From Actinomycetota bacterium (GTDB taxonomy: Bacteria > Actinomycetota > JAHEXW01), in assembly GCA_025355855.1 (NCBI GenBank), contig JANXYU010000035.1, forward strand, positions 20,604-84,603: DNA of 64,000 bases, given 5' to 3'. Below are positions 8,242-19,900 of the stretch, piece by piece (position 1 is the stretch's first letter; every line of letters starts with the position of its first letter). The notes below the pieces were generated by a model, which worked only from the letters and a program-made list of their open reading frames with translations, was not told where the DNA came from and did no database searches. The position numbers were made by a program, and so were the translations under genes.

Positions 8242-9762
8242 TTGATGGCAGACGACAACATCAACGACAAACAAAAAAAGGGACAGGAACCGGACGACAG
8301 CAATAAGCCGTCCGACCCGAAGGAGCCGGTAAGGTCCAAGAAACCGGCGCCTCGAAAAGCGGTTCCGCCCAAACCTGGTTCGTCCCAGGCGGGCGTCGTC
8401 CGGCCAGCCGCCGGCAAGAAACCGGTAAATCGGCCGTTGCCGGCTGGGGCGGCCGCGATGACCATCAACGGGGACAAGGACGAAGAAGAGGAGCGCCGCC
8501 GGCGGCTCATTCTAGCTCTGTGGTTGTTCATGTTTACCATCCTGATTGTCATCTTTGTTTTTGTCTTCTACAACCTTTTTTCCCCTTATCGCGGCAAGGA
8601 TGTTACCCAGAAGAAATGCCTGTCCTGCCACGCCAAAGAGATGGCTCGCCAACTTGGCTCGCAATACTTGCACGAACCGTTCGCTAAGGAATCTTGCACC
8701 AACTGTCATATCGAGCCGGACACGCCGGACAAGGCGTGCGACCCGACCAAGAAGATATACGCGGTCGTCGCCAATAAACTGGACAAGGTCTGCCTGAAAT
8801 GCCACACCCAAGCGAAAGGCGAAATGGGCAAGGTGGCGACGCACAAACCGTTCAAGAACGCGCAGTGCACCGACTGTCACGATCCCCACGGATCTCAGTT
8901 TGAACGGTTGTTGGTATCGCCGCCGACCGAGTTATGCGTATCCTGCCACTATGGCAAGGGATTCACGCAAGCGCATCAACACCAGCCAGCGCAGGCGAGA
9001 AACTGCGTTGACTGTCATGAACCGCACGCCAGTGACACTAAGAACGATCTCGTTCTACCGGTCGGTCAGCTGTGCTATTCCTGCCACTTCAAGGTAGCCC
9101 AGCAGAACCTGCGGCCTTTCAAGCACCAGCCATTCTTAACCGGTGACTGCACGAGCTGTCATCAGCCGCACAGTACAGCGGAGCCAAGGCTGATGGCGAA
9201 GGAATATAACACGCTTTGCATTTCCTGTCACCCGGCCATCGGCTCCGACTTTAATCGGCTGAGTCATCACCCTCTAGGACGGGAGCCGATGAAGAATTGC
9301 GGGGTTTGTCACCTGTACCATGCCGCGGACAATAAGAAGTTGTTGCCGCATCAAAATACAGTCAACTGTTATCAAGCCAACTGTCATCCCGGACTTCAGG
9401 CATATTTTGATACCTCGGAACACAACAGTACGGTCATGGGCATGTTGGCCAAGAAAGATCTGGAGGTTACCTGCAGCGCTTGCCATTCGCCGCACGGCGC
9501 CGACTTTGGCAAGCTCCTGACCGTTGATCGCTATGTCGTTTGCCTGGTCTGCCATGCCAAAGAAACTGGAGACCCAGCCCACCAGGTTTTCGCGCACGCT
9601 TTCGGACCACCGTTCGCCGACAGCTGGCATGGCGGGTACATCTGGTGCGGCAGCTGTCACAACTTCCACGGCTCACCGAATCCGGCCATGCGGCTGGCGT
9701 TAGGTGATGATCTTTGCTTGAAGTGTCATAACGCTGATACGCTTACTAGTACGTTCCGATAA
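8242..9762 (+). CDS. Multiheme cytochrome c of the 'paired/doubled CXXCH' type, ~15 hemes, membrane-anchored with a ~100-aa Lys/Pro-rich N-terminal tail
   Basis: 14 CXXCH plus 1 CX4CH (CYQANCH), arranged as 7 repeats of C..CH-x(12-20)-H..PF-x-C..CH.PH; TM helix after the basic tail. Confidence 0.85.
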   Translation: MMADDNINDKQKKGQEPDDSNKPSDPKEPVRSKKPAPRKAVPPKPGSSQAGVVRPAAGKKPVNRPLPAGAAAMTINGDKDEEEERRRRLILALWLFMFTILIVIFVFVFYNLFSPYRGKDVTQKKCLSCHAKEMARQLGSQYLHEPFAKESCTNCHIEPDTPDKACDPTKKIYAVVANKLDKVCLKCHTQAKGEMGKVATHKPFKNAQCTDCHDPHGSQFERLLVSPPTELCVSCHYGKGFTQAHQHQPAQARNCVDCHEPHASDTKNDLVLPVGQLCYSCHFKVAQQNLRPFKHQPFLTGDCTSCHQPHSTAEPRLMAKEYNTLCISCHPAIGSDFNRLSHHPLGREPMKNCGVCHLYHAADNKKLLPHQNTVNCYQANCHPGLQAYFDTSEHNSTVMGMLAKKDLEVTCSACHSPHGADFGKLLTVDRYVVCLVCHAKETGDPAHQVFAHAFGPPFADSWHGGYIWCGSCHNFHGSPNPAMRLALGDDLCLKCHNADTLTSTFR

Positions 9763-9800
9763 ATGAACATGCTTAAACAATTGAAAAGAGGTACCCTAAA

Positions 9801-10565
9801 GTGGTTCTAGACAATCTTTCTGACGCTTCGCTGAACAAGGCGATAAAATATGTTGCGATCGCCGTAGCGGCGGTCATTGTTATCGGAATCGGCCTGGTGA
9901 TATATCAAGCGATTCCTTCCAACCAATTGTCCCCGGCGGTGCGGGACGAGATTGCGAAGACTAAGGCGGCGATCACTAAGGATCCGACAGACGCGGACGC
10001 CCACGTCAAATTGGCCAGCATCTATATCACGGAAGAGATGTATTCCGACGCCCAAACCGAACTGGACAAGGCACTGAAACTAAACAGCAACAACATGGCG
10101 GCCCTGCAGTTGATGGGCGCGTTATTTGAAAGGAACGGCAACCCCGCTAAAGCGGTCACCTACTACAACAAGGTCATCACACTGGGTGACAAGACGGAAT
10201 TCAAGTCGCTCAACCCATACCTGTACGAAGCCATTTACCGCCTAGGCAAGATCTATGTCGACGAGAAGAAGAACAAACAGGCGATCACCGTTCTGGAGAA
10301 AGGTGTTGCGATAAACTCGATAGACTCCGACCTAAGGTACGTCCTCGGCCTTGGCTACCTACACGACAACCAGCCGGACAAAGCGATATCTGAATTCGAG
10401 ACCGCTTTGAAGTATGTACCTGATTTCGCCGAAGCCTATTTCGGGCTCGGTCAAGCTTACGCCAAGAAAGGCGACAAGGCGCAAGCCAAAGCCGCGTACC
10501 AAAAAGCGGTAGCGAACAAAGCAAACTATACGGAAGCTGAGGAGGCTTTGAAAAAACTAAAATGA
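9801..10565 (+). CDS. TPR-repeat protein with an N-terminal TM anchor
   Basis: Tandem 34-aa repeats with the A..Y/L..G signature (e.g. AEAYFGLGQAYAKKGDKAQAKAAYQKAV). Confidence 0.75.
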   Translation: MVLDNLSDASLNKAIKYVAIAVAAVIVIGIGLVIYQAIPSNQLSPAVRDEIAKTKAAITKDPTDADAHVKLASIYITEEMYSDAQTELDKALKLNSNNMAALQLMGALFERNGNPAKAVTYYNKVITLGDKTEFKSLNPYLYEAIYRLGKIYVDEKKNKQAITVLEKGVAINSIDSDLRYVLGLGYLHDNQPDKAISEFETALKYVPDFAEAYFGLGQAYAKKGDKAQAKAAYQKAVANKANYTEAEEALKKLK

Positions 10566-11563
10566 GCGTAGATAACATAATTCAACAATCTCAGAGCAAA
10601 CGTAACAAAAAGTTGCTTCTGCTCGGCGGTCTTATTCTCATCCTGATTCTGATTATCATCGCGGTGCTCTATTATTTCCTGCACAAGCAATCGATTACCA
10701 GCGCCTTGCCGGGCCGGGCCACGGCGCCGATTTACCGCAGCTCTTTGGAGGGCGGTCTGGATTGGCCGCTCGGGGTTACGGTCAGCCCGGACGGTAATAC
10801 CATTTACGTGGTCGATTCCAATAACAAGATGGTCAAGATGTTCGACCCCAATGGCACGCAAACCGGCAACTTTGGACAAAGACCGGCCGACAAAACCGCG
10901 GACACGGCTTTCTCCAACCCGCTGTACGCCGCGGCGGCGTCGAATGGAAAAGTTTACGTGACCGACAGAAGCTCGGCGATGGTCGTGGTCTACGACCCCG
11001 CCACAAAGCAGACGACCAGATTCAGTCCGCAGGTCGATAAGACTTTTACCTGGAGCCCTCTCGGCATCTGCGTCGACAAGAAAGACAATATCTATGTTAC
11101 CGACGCGACCAAAGGCACCCATCGGGTCCTGGTTTTCAATCCGAACGGCAAGTTGATTCTTCAATTCGGCAAGGAAGGCCAGAACCAAGGCGAGTTCTCC
11201 TTCCCGAACGGGATCACCGTCGGAGGGGACGGCTCTATATATGTGGCCGACAGCAATAACAGCCGCGTCCAGGTCTTTAGTAAAACCGGCAAATACAAGT
11301 TCAGCATAGGGAACGCCGGCGGCAAGGCCGCGCTGGGTCATCCTGTGGGGATTTGTTTCGATGTCAGCGGAAACCTGAACGTGACCGACACGTTCGGCCA
11401 TGCCGTGCAGGTGTACGATAAAAACGGTAAATATCTCTATAAATATGGCGAATACGGAACGAAAAATGGGCAGTTCCAATTTCCTATGGGTATTGCGTCG
11501 CTAAATAATTCGGTGTATGTTGTCGATAGAGAAGGTAAGAGGGTTCAAATCTGGCAGCATTGA
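10562..11563 (+). CDS. NHL-repeat six-bladed beta-propeller protein, N-terminally membrane-anchored
   Basis: Six repeats of the NHL signature (G...YV.D..N.R..VF...G; FS.P.GI). Confidence 0.8.
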   Translation: MSVDNIIQQSQSKRNKKLLLLGGLILILILIIIAVLYYFLHKQSITSALPGRATAPIYRSSLEGGLDWPLGVTVSPDGNTIYVVDSNNKMVKMFDPNGTQTGNFGQRPADKTADTAFSNPLYAAAASNGKVYVTDRSSAMVVVYDPATKQTTRFSPQVDKTFTWSPLGICVDKKDNIYVTDATKGTHRVLVFNPNGKLILQFGKEGQNQGEFSFPNGITVGGDGSIYVADSNNSRVQVFSKTGKYKFSIGNAGGKAALGHPVGICFDVSGNLNVTDTFGHAVQVYDKNGKYLYKYGEYGTKNGQFQFPMGIASLNNSVYVVDREGKRVQIWQH

Positions 11564-11723
11564 TGACTCGAAAAGGTTGTTTTTTGCTTACCGAAGTGTT
11601 ACATTGGAAAGGTGCTAGAGGTAAACGTATCTACTGGTCATAATGCACCTCAGCTCTGATAGTGAGTAGCAGTTCCGGCGAACAAGCATAAGGAATGAGC
11701 TTACTAGCAAGGCAAGGGGCATC

Positions 11724-12827
11724 GTGGCGAACACAGGGTTCTTGAGGAATAAACGCGAATTTTCAACAAAGCCCGGCCATTGGGCTTTGTTTGCGCTTTA
11801 CAAAACTCTATTCCTATCAGCCGCGACACTCCTTTTTGTACTACCCCAAACAGCCGCAGCGGTCGGACCGCATGGTGGCTATTCAAACAAGACAGACCTC
11901 TGTAGCACTTGCCATATGGTCCATACCGCCAAGACGAAAACGCTACTGTCGCAAAGTACGGCTACCGGAACCTGTCTTTCGTGTCACTCGAACGGTATCG
12001 GTTCGGATACCGCCGTTAACGCCGGCGCGCTGATGCATCCGGTCAATCCGGGTGATCCGATTCCGACCACCTGGCCAAAGCTTTTGGGCGGCGGTTTCGT
12101 GACGGTAGGTAACGCGAGTCCGGTTACTCTGGGAAAACACACGCTTGGGTATTCTAACCATCCAGCCGGTAACAACAACGCCGGTGAGGTCTATCAGATG
12201 GAATGCACATCCTGTCATACACCGCATTTTGGCCCGAACTACCGGCTCCTGCGCCAGCGGCCGGGAGACGCGGCTAGTGACATCTCCGTCCCTTGGAACG
12301 GCCCGGAGACAACAACCGCAACCGACGCGAATGGCGTCTCGACAACGACTACCGACAACAAATATACAGAAGTCGACTATTCCGGCGGCAACCCGGCCGC
12401 TTCGAAAGAGATGACCCGCAACTACAAAGCGAACATTGCCACCTGGTGTACCGCGTGTCATGAGCGTTATATGACACGGGTAGACGAGACGGCCTTCAAC
12501 ACCGGCGACATGATCGGCAACGTCGCCCGGTATCGGCACGCCGTGGACGTGACGATAAATAAAGATACTCCGGATGTGATTAATTCCCGCGTCTATAAAC
12601 TAACGACCGACCTGCCTCTGCAGGATTTGACGGGCAACGGCCGGACGCCGGATGACACGATGACATGTCTTTCGTGCCACCGGGCACACGGTACGGACGC
12701 GACCGTCGGCGGCGAAGCTGTTCTGCCGGCGGCCGAACGCGGACCTTTGCCGGCAGGCGAAGACGCGATGCTTCTGCGTTTGAACGACAGGCTAGTGTGC
12801 AAGTCCTGTCATAAGGTAAGTGCCTAA
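11724..12827 (+). CDS. Secreted hexaheme c-type cytochrome, OmcS-like (nanowire cytochrome family) paralog 1
   Basis: Signal peptide; 6 CXXCH; motif pattern matches OmcS as recalled (HGGYS..CSTCH.VH, CLSCHSNG.GSDT, LLGGGF, CTSCHTPH...NYRLLR, TWCTACH.RYMTR, RYRH, CLSCHRAHGTD, C-terminal C..CH). Confidence 0.8.
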   Translation: MANTGFLRNKREFSTKPGHWALFALYKTLFLSAATLLFVLPQTAAAVGPHGGYSNKTDLCSTCHMVHTAKTKTLLSQSTATGTCLSCHSNGIGSDTAVNAGALMHPVNPGDPIPTTWPKLLGGGFVTVGNASPVTLGKHTLGYSNHPAGNNNAGEVYQMECTSCHTPHFGPNYRLLRQRPGDAASDISVPWNGPETTTATDANGVSTTTTDNKYTEVDYSGGNPAASKEMTRNYKANIATWCTACHERYMTRVDETAFNTGDMIGNVARYRHAVDVTINKDTPDVINSRVYKLTTDLPLQDLTGNGRTPDDTMTCLSCHRAHGTDATVGGEAVLPAAERGPLPAGEDAMLLRLNDRLVCKSCHKVSA

Positions 12828-12828
12828 G

Positions 12829-13950
12829 ATGAGGGTGAAGAAGATGCGCGGTCGTAATCTTACGACAATTAAAGAGAGCATCATCCGCCGGGCGGCGGTA
12901 GTGTTCGCCGCCGCCGCCACGGTGTTGATTTTGGCCGCTCCCTCCGCCTTCGGGCTTGATTTCTCGGGCGGATCGCACGTCGGCTTCACGTCCGGTTCGG
13001 GCTCGTGCGCTCTGTGCCACCGCTCTCACACCGGCGCGGCTAAGAACCTCTTAAAATCTAACTCGATGTGCGTCACCTGCCACGGGCACTTAATGGGTGC
13101 CGACACAGACACGGTCGACGGCGTTTACGCGGATTCGAAGAACCCGGCCCATTCCTGGGCCACCGACGGCGGTACGCTGCTCGGCGGCGGTTTCAAGTAC
13201 CTCGGCGGGACGGCCGGCAAACCGGTTACCTCCGCGCACCATATCGGGGACATCGACGGCGTCGCGCTCGATCCTATCACGCCGTACGGTTCGACGACCG
13301 GGGCCAGCATCGCGCTGGGCTGTACGGATTGTCACAGCATGCACTCCGATTTCGAGAATCCGGCCAGCGTTGGCCAATACCGATTATTGAGTCTGGATCC
13401 AGGCAAGAGCGGGCAAAGTCTGGCCGTTGCTTGGAATGGACCTTGGACGGACGGCACTCAGACGGCCAAGACGGCCGCGATCACGGCTACGACCAACATG
13501 GGATATACCGAGCATGACTTCTCCGGAGACCCCGCTCCGGCCTCAGGTTTGGTAGAATATACAAGGAACTATAGAAGCGGTATGTCCGCTTGGTGTGAAG
13601 GTTGCCATTCCGTTTACGGAACGCCGGAAGGCGCTGGCGGCAGTCCCGATAACGTCCCGTATCACCGGCACAAGATGGACGTGCCCTTGGTTTGGACGGC
13701 TCGTCTTTCTGGCGCGCCCGCGACCGATCTCCCCCTGAACGACCTGGGTGCTTTGGGTCGGTCGAGCGAGGACTTGATGAACTGCGCCACTTGCCATCGG
13801 GCGCATGGTACCGACAAACAGATGTCAGGGACGTTCCTAACGGCCGGCCGGATAGGCCTGCCAGCGATGAATACGAGTATGTTGCTTCGGTTGGATAACC
13901 GGGGCGTTTGCATAAACTGTCACGCTTATTTGAATTCGGACACTTACTAA
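12829..13950 (+). CDS. Secreted hexaheme OmcS-like cytochrome paralog 2 (ORF track starts at GTG 12820; ATG 12829 preferred, AAGGTAAG 8 nt upstream)
   Basis: Signal peptide; 6 CXXCH (CALCHRSHTGAAKN, CVTCH, CTDCH, WCEGCH, CATCHRAHGTD, CINCH); colinear with 11724-12827. Confidence 0.8.
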   Translation: MRVKKMRGRNLTTIKESIIRRAAVVFAAAATVLILAAPSAFGLDFSGGSHVGFTSGSGSCALCHRSHTGAAKNLLKSNSMCVTCHGHLMGADTDTVDGVYADSKNPAHSWATDGGTLLGGGFKYLGGTAGKPVTSAHHIGDIDGVALDPITPYGSTTGASIALGCTDCHSMHSDFENPASVGQYRLLSLDPGKSGQSLAVAWNGPWTDGTQTAKTAAITATTNMGYTEHDFSGDPAPASGLVEYTRNYRSGMSAWCEGCHSVYGTPEGAGGSPDNVPYHRHKMDVPLVWTARLSGAPATDLPLNDLGALGRSSEDLMNCATCHRAHGTDKQMSGTFLTAGRIGLPAMNTSMLLRLDNRGVCINCHAYLNSDTY

Positions 13951-13982
13951 CATGATGCTTCACATGAGGAAAGGATAAGGCC

Positions 13983-16900
13983 TTGGTTAAACTAGCTAAG
14001 AGCCACCCGCTTAAGTTCATAGGACTTGTTCTCGGTCTTGTCGTCATCTATGTGTGTCTGGGGACAAATGTCCTTATCCGAACCGCGCAAGGCGAAGGCG
14101 CCATCGGCGCCGCCTGGGCCATCCACGTTGATACGCCCGTTACGGTTAAACTTAACCAGACTTTTACCGTTAAGGTCGGTTTAGTCGACCAAATGGGCAA
14201 ACCGCTGACCGGGCGGACCTACGGTACCGGTTACGGCCAGTTCTACCTCCCCGGTGACGCCATTAAGAACGCCGACGGACAAGTGGCCGAATACTGGGCC
14301 GACACCAAGAACGTGCGTGAGGTCAAAGACAAGTCAGATAACGGCACCGGCGTTTACGCGATACCGGTAATCGTCAAAGCCTGGCCCGCTCCCGTCAGCT
14401 CTAATATATATACACTGGAAGCATCCTACATCGGCCAGGGTGCCGGTTCGGCCGATCAGGCGACTGATCCGACGTTTGCCTTGGTTGACAGGACGACGTT
14501 CACCGCCGACGGCGCCGACGGTACGGAAGGCGTGATCAGGTACGCGCCGGTACTCACTAATAAGCTGACTGTTAAAGTCCCGGTGACGCAACCCGATAAA
14601 CCTACACCTGAACCACTCCAAAACATAGTCACCGTTCGTGTGAAGCCGATTGCCCAGATAAGAGACTCTGTGCATCACAACCGGAAACTGAGCGGCTTGG
14701 CTGATCCCCTGGATACGAGCAACTGGCTGGCACCGACCGCCGTTGATAATACCGGCCACAATGTCGCTGTCACCTTCGGAACGATTAAAGAAGAGACCGT
14801 CATCAAGCACGGAGCCAAAGGCAACACAACCGTGGGGATAGGCGTTTATGATGTTCAGCTGATTATTACGAGCCCGGTCACACTGGCCGGCAAGCGGGCC
14901 GCGATCACGTTCGGCTTGGACGCGACCGGCGTGCAGATGAAGATGAGTACGACCGTCAACTTCTCGACGGCGGTGGAAGAATCCGCGAATTATAACTCTC
15001 TGTACGGTGTCCCATATCTCGTAGAGGTGCCGCACACTCCGGTTATCTACGATGATCCGGATATGGATTTCTTCTGGGTCGGAGTCACGCCGCTAAATGC
15101 CGAAGAGCGCTTTGCCGATTACGACGTCTATCCGGTGACCGACACCGGCGAGGTCACGAACTCCTTCTACATGATTAACGAAGAGGGGTTACGGGTCAGG
15201 ATCAAGTGTCTTCGCCTGTATGCCACAATCGAAGATCCCGATATGATCGAAGTTGGCACTCCGCCGGAACAGGTCTCGCTTAACGTCAAGGGCGCCGAGA
15301 TGTTCGTGCGCGAGAAAACCGGCAATCCGGCGCAAGACGTTCCGCCGGCTGGCGCGGGCGGCGGCGCCGGAGTTGGCGCCAACGGTACCGGATTTGCGAT
15401 GCGGGCGGTCGACGGAGCCTTTAACAGTCCTTACGAGCAAGTCAAATATGATATGTATCCGACCGGCTCCGACCCGACTTCACTCTACGCCAGTACGCTG
15501 GCCGAGAAACAATATCTGTTCTGGGTCCATGGTAAGAATCAGCTGGATGTTTGGGGTTACTACGGTATAGACGCAACGTCTATCCCGGTTCCCAAGATAC
15601 TAAGCATCGACCGGACGGCGCCGACGGTATCGATTACCGACCCGCCTTTCGAGAACCCGGCCCGACAAGTAGCCGGCAATCACTTAAGCGTAGCCGGAAC
15701 GGTCAACGCCGACAACGGCGGCACTTTCAGGTCTTCGCTCAACAGCGTCGAGATCTATGACGGCTGGGACGCCGCCTGGACCGACGCCGGCATCAACCTA
15801 GACAAATATACGAATACCTGGTCCACCATGTACGACACGCTTTTCGAACCCGGCAACGCGTACACGCTGCAAGCCAGAGCGATCGACGGGGCCGGCAACA
15901 TGACACCTGCCGGCAGCTACGGTACGCGCAACGTCATCATCGATAACACCAAGCCGCTTGCCAGTGTTTCTTCGCCCGGCGACGGCATGGGCTATCCGAC
16001 CGGGACGACTAATATCACCGTTACCGGCGCTGTCTATGATCCGGACACGGCCACGATCGGCGACTTGAGTTTTGACCATTACACTGTGGAGTGGGCTCCG
16101 GGTATCAAATTGAGCGGCGACGCCGACACCGGCTGGACAATGATCAATAGCGGCACCGCGGCCGTGGGCGGGGCGTCGACGACGGGTACCTTGGCCAACT
16201 GGAACGTTGGACCGACCGGGGCCAACCTTACGGAAGGTCCGTATTCGCTGCGCGTCCGTTGCTGGGACAAGGCAGGCAACCGCAGCGATGAGAACCCGAC
16301 CGGGTATAACAACCTGATGTACGTGTTTATCGACAGCAGTAACCCGTTTTCCGCGCTGACCGTTCCTTATGTTGACGGGTCGGCGAACAATTGGACAGCC
16401 TCGACGATTCGCGGGACCGGGCGCGATTTCATGGCGGTTGGCGGAGCGCAGCGCTACGAGGAAGACGCCGCCGGCATCAGCTACTTCACTAGCTCCGGTT
16501 CGGCGGGCGGCTGGGCACTGGCAACCTCGACCGATAATTCCTTTAGCAATAACGGGGCTCGCTACGCGGCCACAGCCAATTATTACGCTCAATTCACCTT
16601 CACCGGCACCTATGTAACCTGGGTTTCTACCCGAGGCCCGAACCGAGGTTCCGCTCAAGTGTGGATCGATGGCGCTTTCGTCAAAACCGTCAATCTGAAT
16701 GCCCCTGGAGTAACCTATTATTATCAGCAAGAGGTCTTTTCCAAGACATTTACCACGGGCGGATCACATACCCTAAAAATCGTCGTTGTCAGCGGTCAGG
16801 TCGACGTCGACGCAATGGATCTTTACGCCGGGTCCGGTGTCAACCTTATCGACACTCGGATCAGACGAGTTGCGGATGGCTACTACTGGCATGACAGCAC

Positions 16901-19900
16901 CGACGCCACCCCGAGCTACCGGAACACTTTCCAGCCGGCTTCAGCAGGCACGCCTTGGCTGGCCGCTACCGTTAATTCCGGGCGGCATACCGCCTACGTG
17001 ACCAACTGGCAATACAGCGTCGCGGCGATTCCCAGTCATACCCAGGTCGATATCTCTACGAGGGCTACGGATGACACGGGGAACGTGGAAGCGTCACCGA
17101 CTTCAACACGGATCCTGGTGCAAACCGAAGCACCCGTCACTACCTATCAACCGCCGGCCAACGGTCTGAATAACTGGTACGTTCTTGTTATGCCGGACAA
17201 CATAGTGCCGCCGTTGCTGCTTACCGGTACGGAGCCGTCCTCGCCCAACGCTGGCGCCAAAAACATCTACTATCAGTGGACTTCAACGGCCGTCGGGACA
17301 GCACCGACTTCAGGCTACATAAATTATTCCGCCGCTTCTCCGGCGACCTCGATCTCGCATATCTTAGATTTGGATTCACCAAGCCACGGGTTGACACAGG
17401 ATGGAACTCGGCGCCTTTGGTATTATTCCAGCGACATTGTGGGTAACTCGGAAACGCCCCACTATACTGACTTCAGCCGCGATATCGTCGCGCCCGTCGC
17501 GCCGGCATTCACGGCGCCCCAGCTGCCCGATTATCAATACCAGCGGGCCACGGTTTCCTTGACGGGCAATACCAGTGACGCGACTTCCGGCGTCAACAAA
17601 GTGGAGATGACAGCTCAGAACAATGCTGGTCTGTACTGGGGCGGACCCGGTACGACTACTTGGACTTCGACACCGGTCTGGTTCCAAATCTCCGGAACAA
17701 CGGCTTGGACCTACGGCTTCAACTCAGTCGCCGCGGCCGGCGGTGACGGCAACTATACCTTTAGAGCTAGGTCGACAGACAACGCGGGCAACGTGTCCGG
17801 TGTCGGGGCGCTGACGTGCGTTATTGACAATACGGCCCCGACGACGTATCACACGTTTAGCATCCCGTCACCCGACGGCGACAACGGCTGGTACAAGACT
17901 GATATCTCGGTCAGCTTGGTTCCTAGGGATCCGGCGCCCGGTTCCGGAATCAATTTGACCTATGGCGGCTGGAACTTCAATAACAGTAATGTGAATATAA
18001 CGGGTCAATGGGGCGGCCTTAGCACCAATCCCGACTTGAACGGCACGTATTATTTCGGTTACTATTCAACCGATAATTCCGGAAATAGCCAGACCCCTGT
18101 GTTTGTCAACTTCAAGAAAGACTCCGAACGTCCATTCTCGACGATCACGACTCCGACTTTAGACGGCCAGTATCTCAGACGGTCCATCGCTTTCGCCGGT
18201 ACGGCCTGGGATCCCACGAACCCCGGTTCCCCCGGGTCCGGATTGCAGCGGGAAGAAGTCACCATTCGGGAGAACTTCGCCCCATTCTATTATTGGAATG
18301 GTGTTGCCGGAGCGGGGGCCGCTTGGACCGCTACACCCGTTTGGGTACCGGCGACCGGCTCGACCAGTTGGACCTATAGCTGGGATACGCTCAATACGAA
18401 TGTTCCGCAGGATAACGCGGATTACAAATTAGTAGCGCGGGCCGTAGACAATGCGGGCGGCGCCCAAGTTACCCCGGTGGAGCGGGTTGTTCACGTCGAT
18501 AACACGCCTCCGGTCGTTACCTTAGTCGACCCGCCGGACAACGAAGGTTTGGTCCCGACGGACTATCCAATCCGCGCTACGTTTAGCGAGAAAATGGCGC
18601 CGGGAACAATAAATAGCCCGGCGGCCAACTTTATTATCAAGAATTCCGTAGGTGCGGCGATGCCCGGAACGATTCTGTATAGCGAGCAAGGCGCCAGCTA
18701 TTTCGCGGTCTTCAGTGTAACCGGTACGTTCTCGCGCGGCGCCGTTTTGACCGGTGTCGTCAACCGGGGCGCGACCGACTTGGCCGGTAACCCCGTCATC
18801 GTGAATCACTCGGCCTCCGGCACTTCGATTGTCGGCCAGGAGCCTTGGAGCGCCATAACGTATTCCGGCGCCGGCTGGAGTACGGTAAGCGACGCGGGCG
18901 CCAGCGGCGGCGCCTACAAACACTCCAACGTAGACACCAACTACGCCGAGGTCACATTCACCGGAACCGACTTCAAATGGCTCTCCGGCAAAGGTCCGAA
19001 TTACGGTATCGCGCACGTTTGGTTGGATGACACCGTCGATCAGGGCACATTTGATTTATATAATGCCAGCCAGCAATACAAACAGGCAATCGTCAACTTA
19101 ACCGGGCTGACGGACACCACTCATAAGCTGAAAATCATTGTCACCAACGCGAAGAACGCCGCCTCCTCCGACTATTTCATCGACATTGACGCGTTCGAGG
19201 GGGCAGTTAACACGACTTGGAAATTCACGACCGCCGGCGTTGACGCTCAGATCTGGCAGCCGGTAACGGGTTCGCGCGTCTATGGTCAAGTGCCGATCAT
19301 GGGTCAGGCCAACGGCGAAGCGTTCCAGCAGTACAAGCTGCAGTATAAAAAGAACGACGGAACGGATACATTCCACGACTTCGGCGTGGTTCATACGACG
19401 CCACAGGTTTCGCAGGTCTGGCCTTTCCAGACTGACTGGTCCGACGGCGCGACCGGCGGACCTAGCCCGCAAGAGGTCATTGACCCGGCGAATCCGGAAC
19501 ATCCGGCGGGACGTTATCACACGGCCACTAATATCACGGCCAACGGCGCGGACGCCGCCTCATCGTTGCAGCTGTCATCGGCCGGCACAGTCTGGCCTTA
19601 TCGCAAAGCAATCACAATAACTAATACGGGCGCCCAGATGACGGATTATCAGATTCGTGTACCTGTAACTTTCGTCACCAGCCACATGAAGGCAAATTTT
19701 GACGATATCCGGTTCACCGACAGTAACGGCCAAGACATCCTAGCCCACTGGAAGGAATCCTTTACGGCGTCGTCGGCGGCCGTCTTCTGGACAAAGATCC
19801 CCGTAGTACCCGCGGGCACACCGGCGAACCCAACGGTTAAAACTATCTACATGAACTACGGCAACTTTAATGCCCAGAGCGGATCATCTAATGGCGCCAA

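Noticed and set aside
11768-11788. Perfect 7-bp hairpin AAAGCCC-ggccatt-GGGCTTT
   Set aside because: It lies inside the signal-peptide coding region of the first omcS-like gene and encodes KPGHWALF. There is no U-tract, so it is not a terminator, and it is probably incidental.
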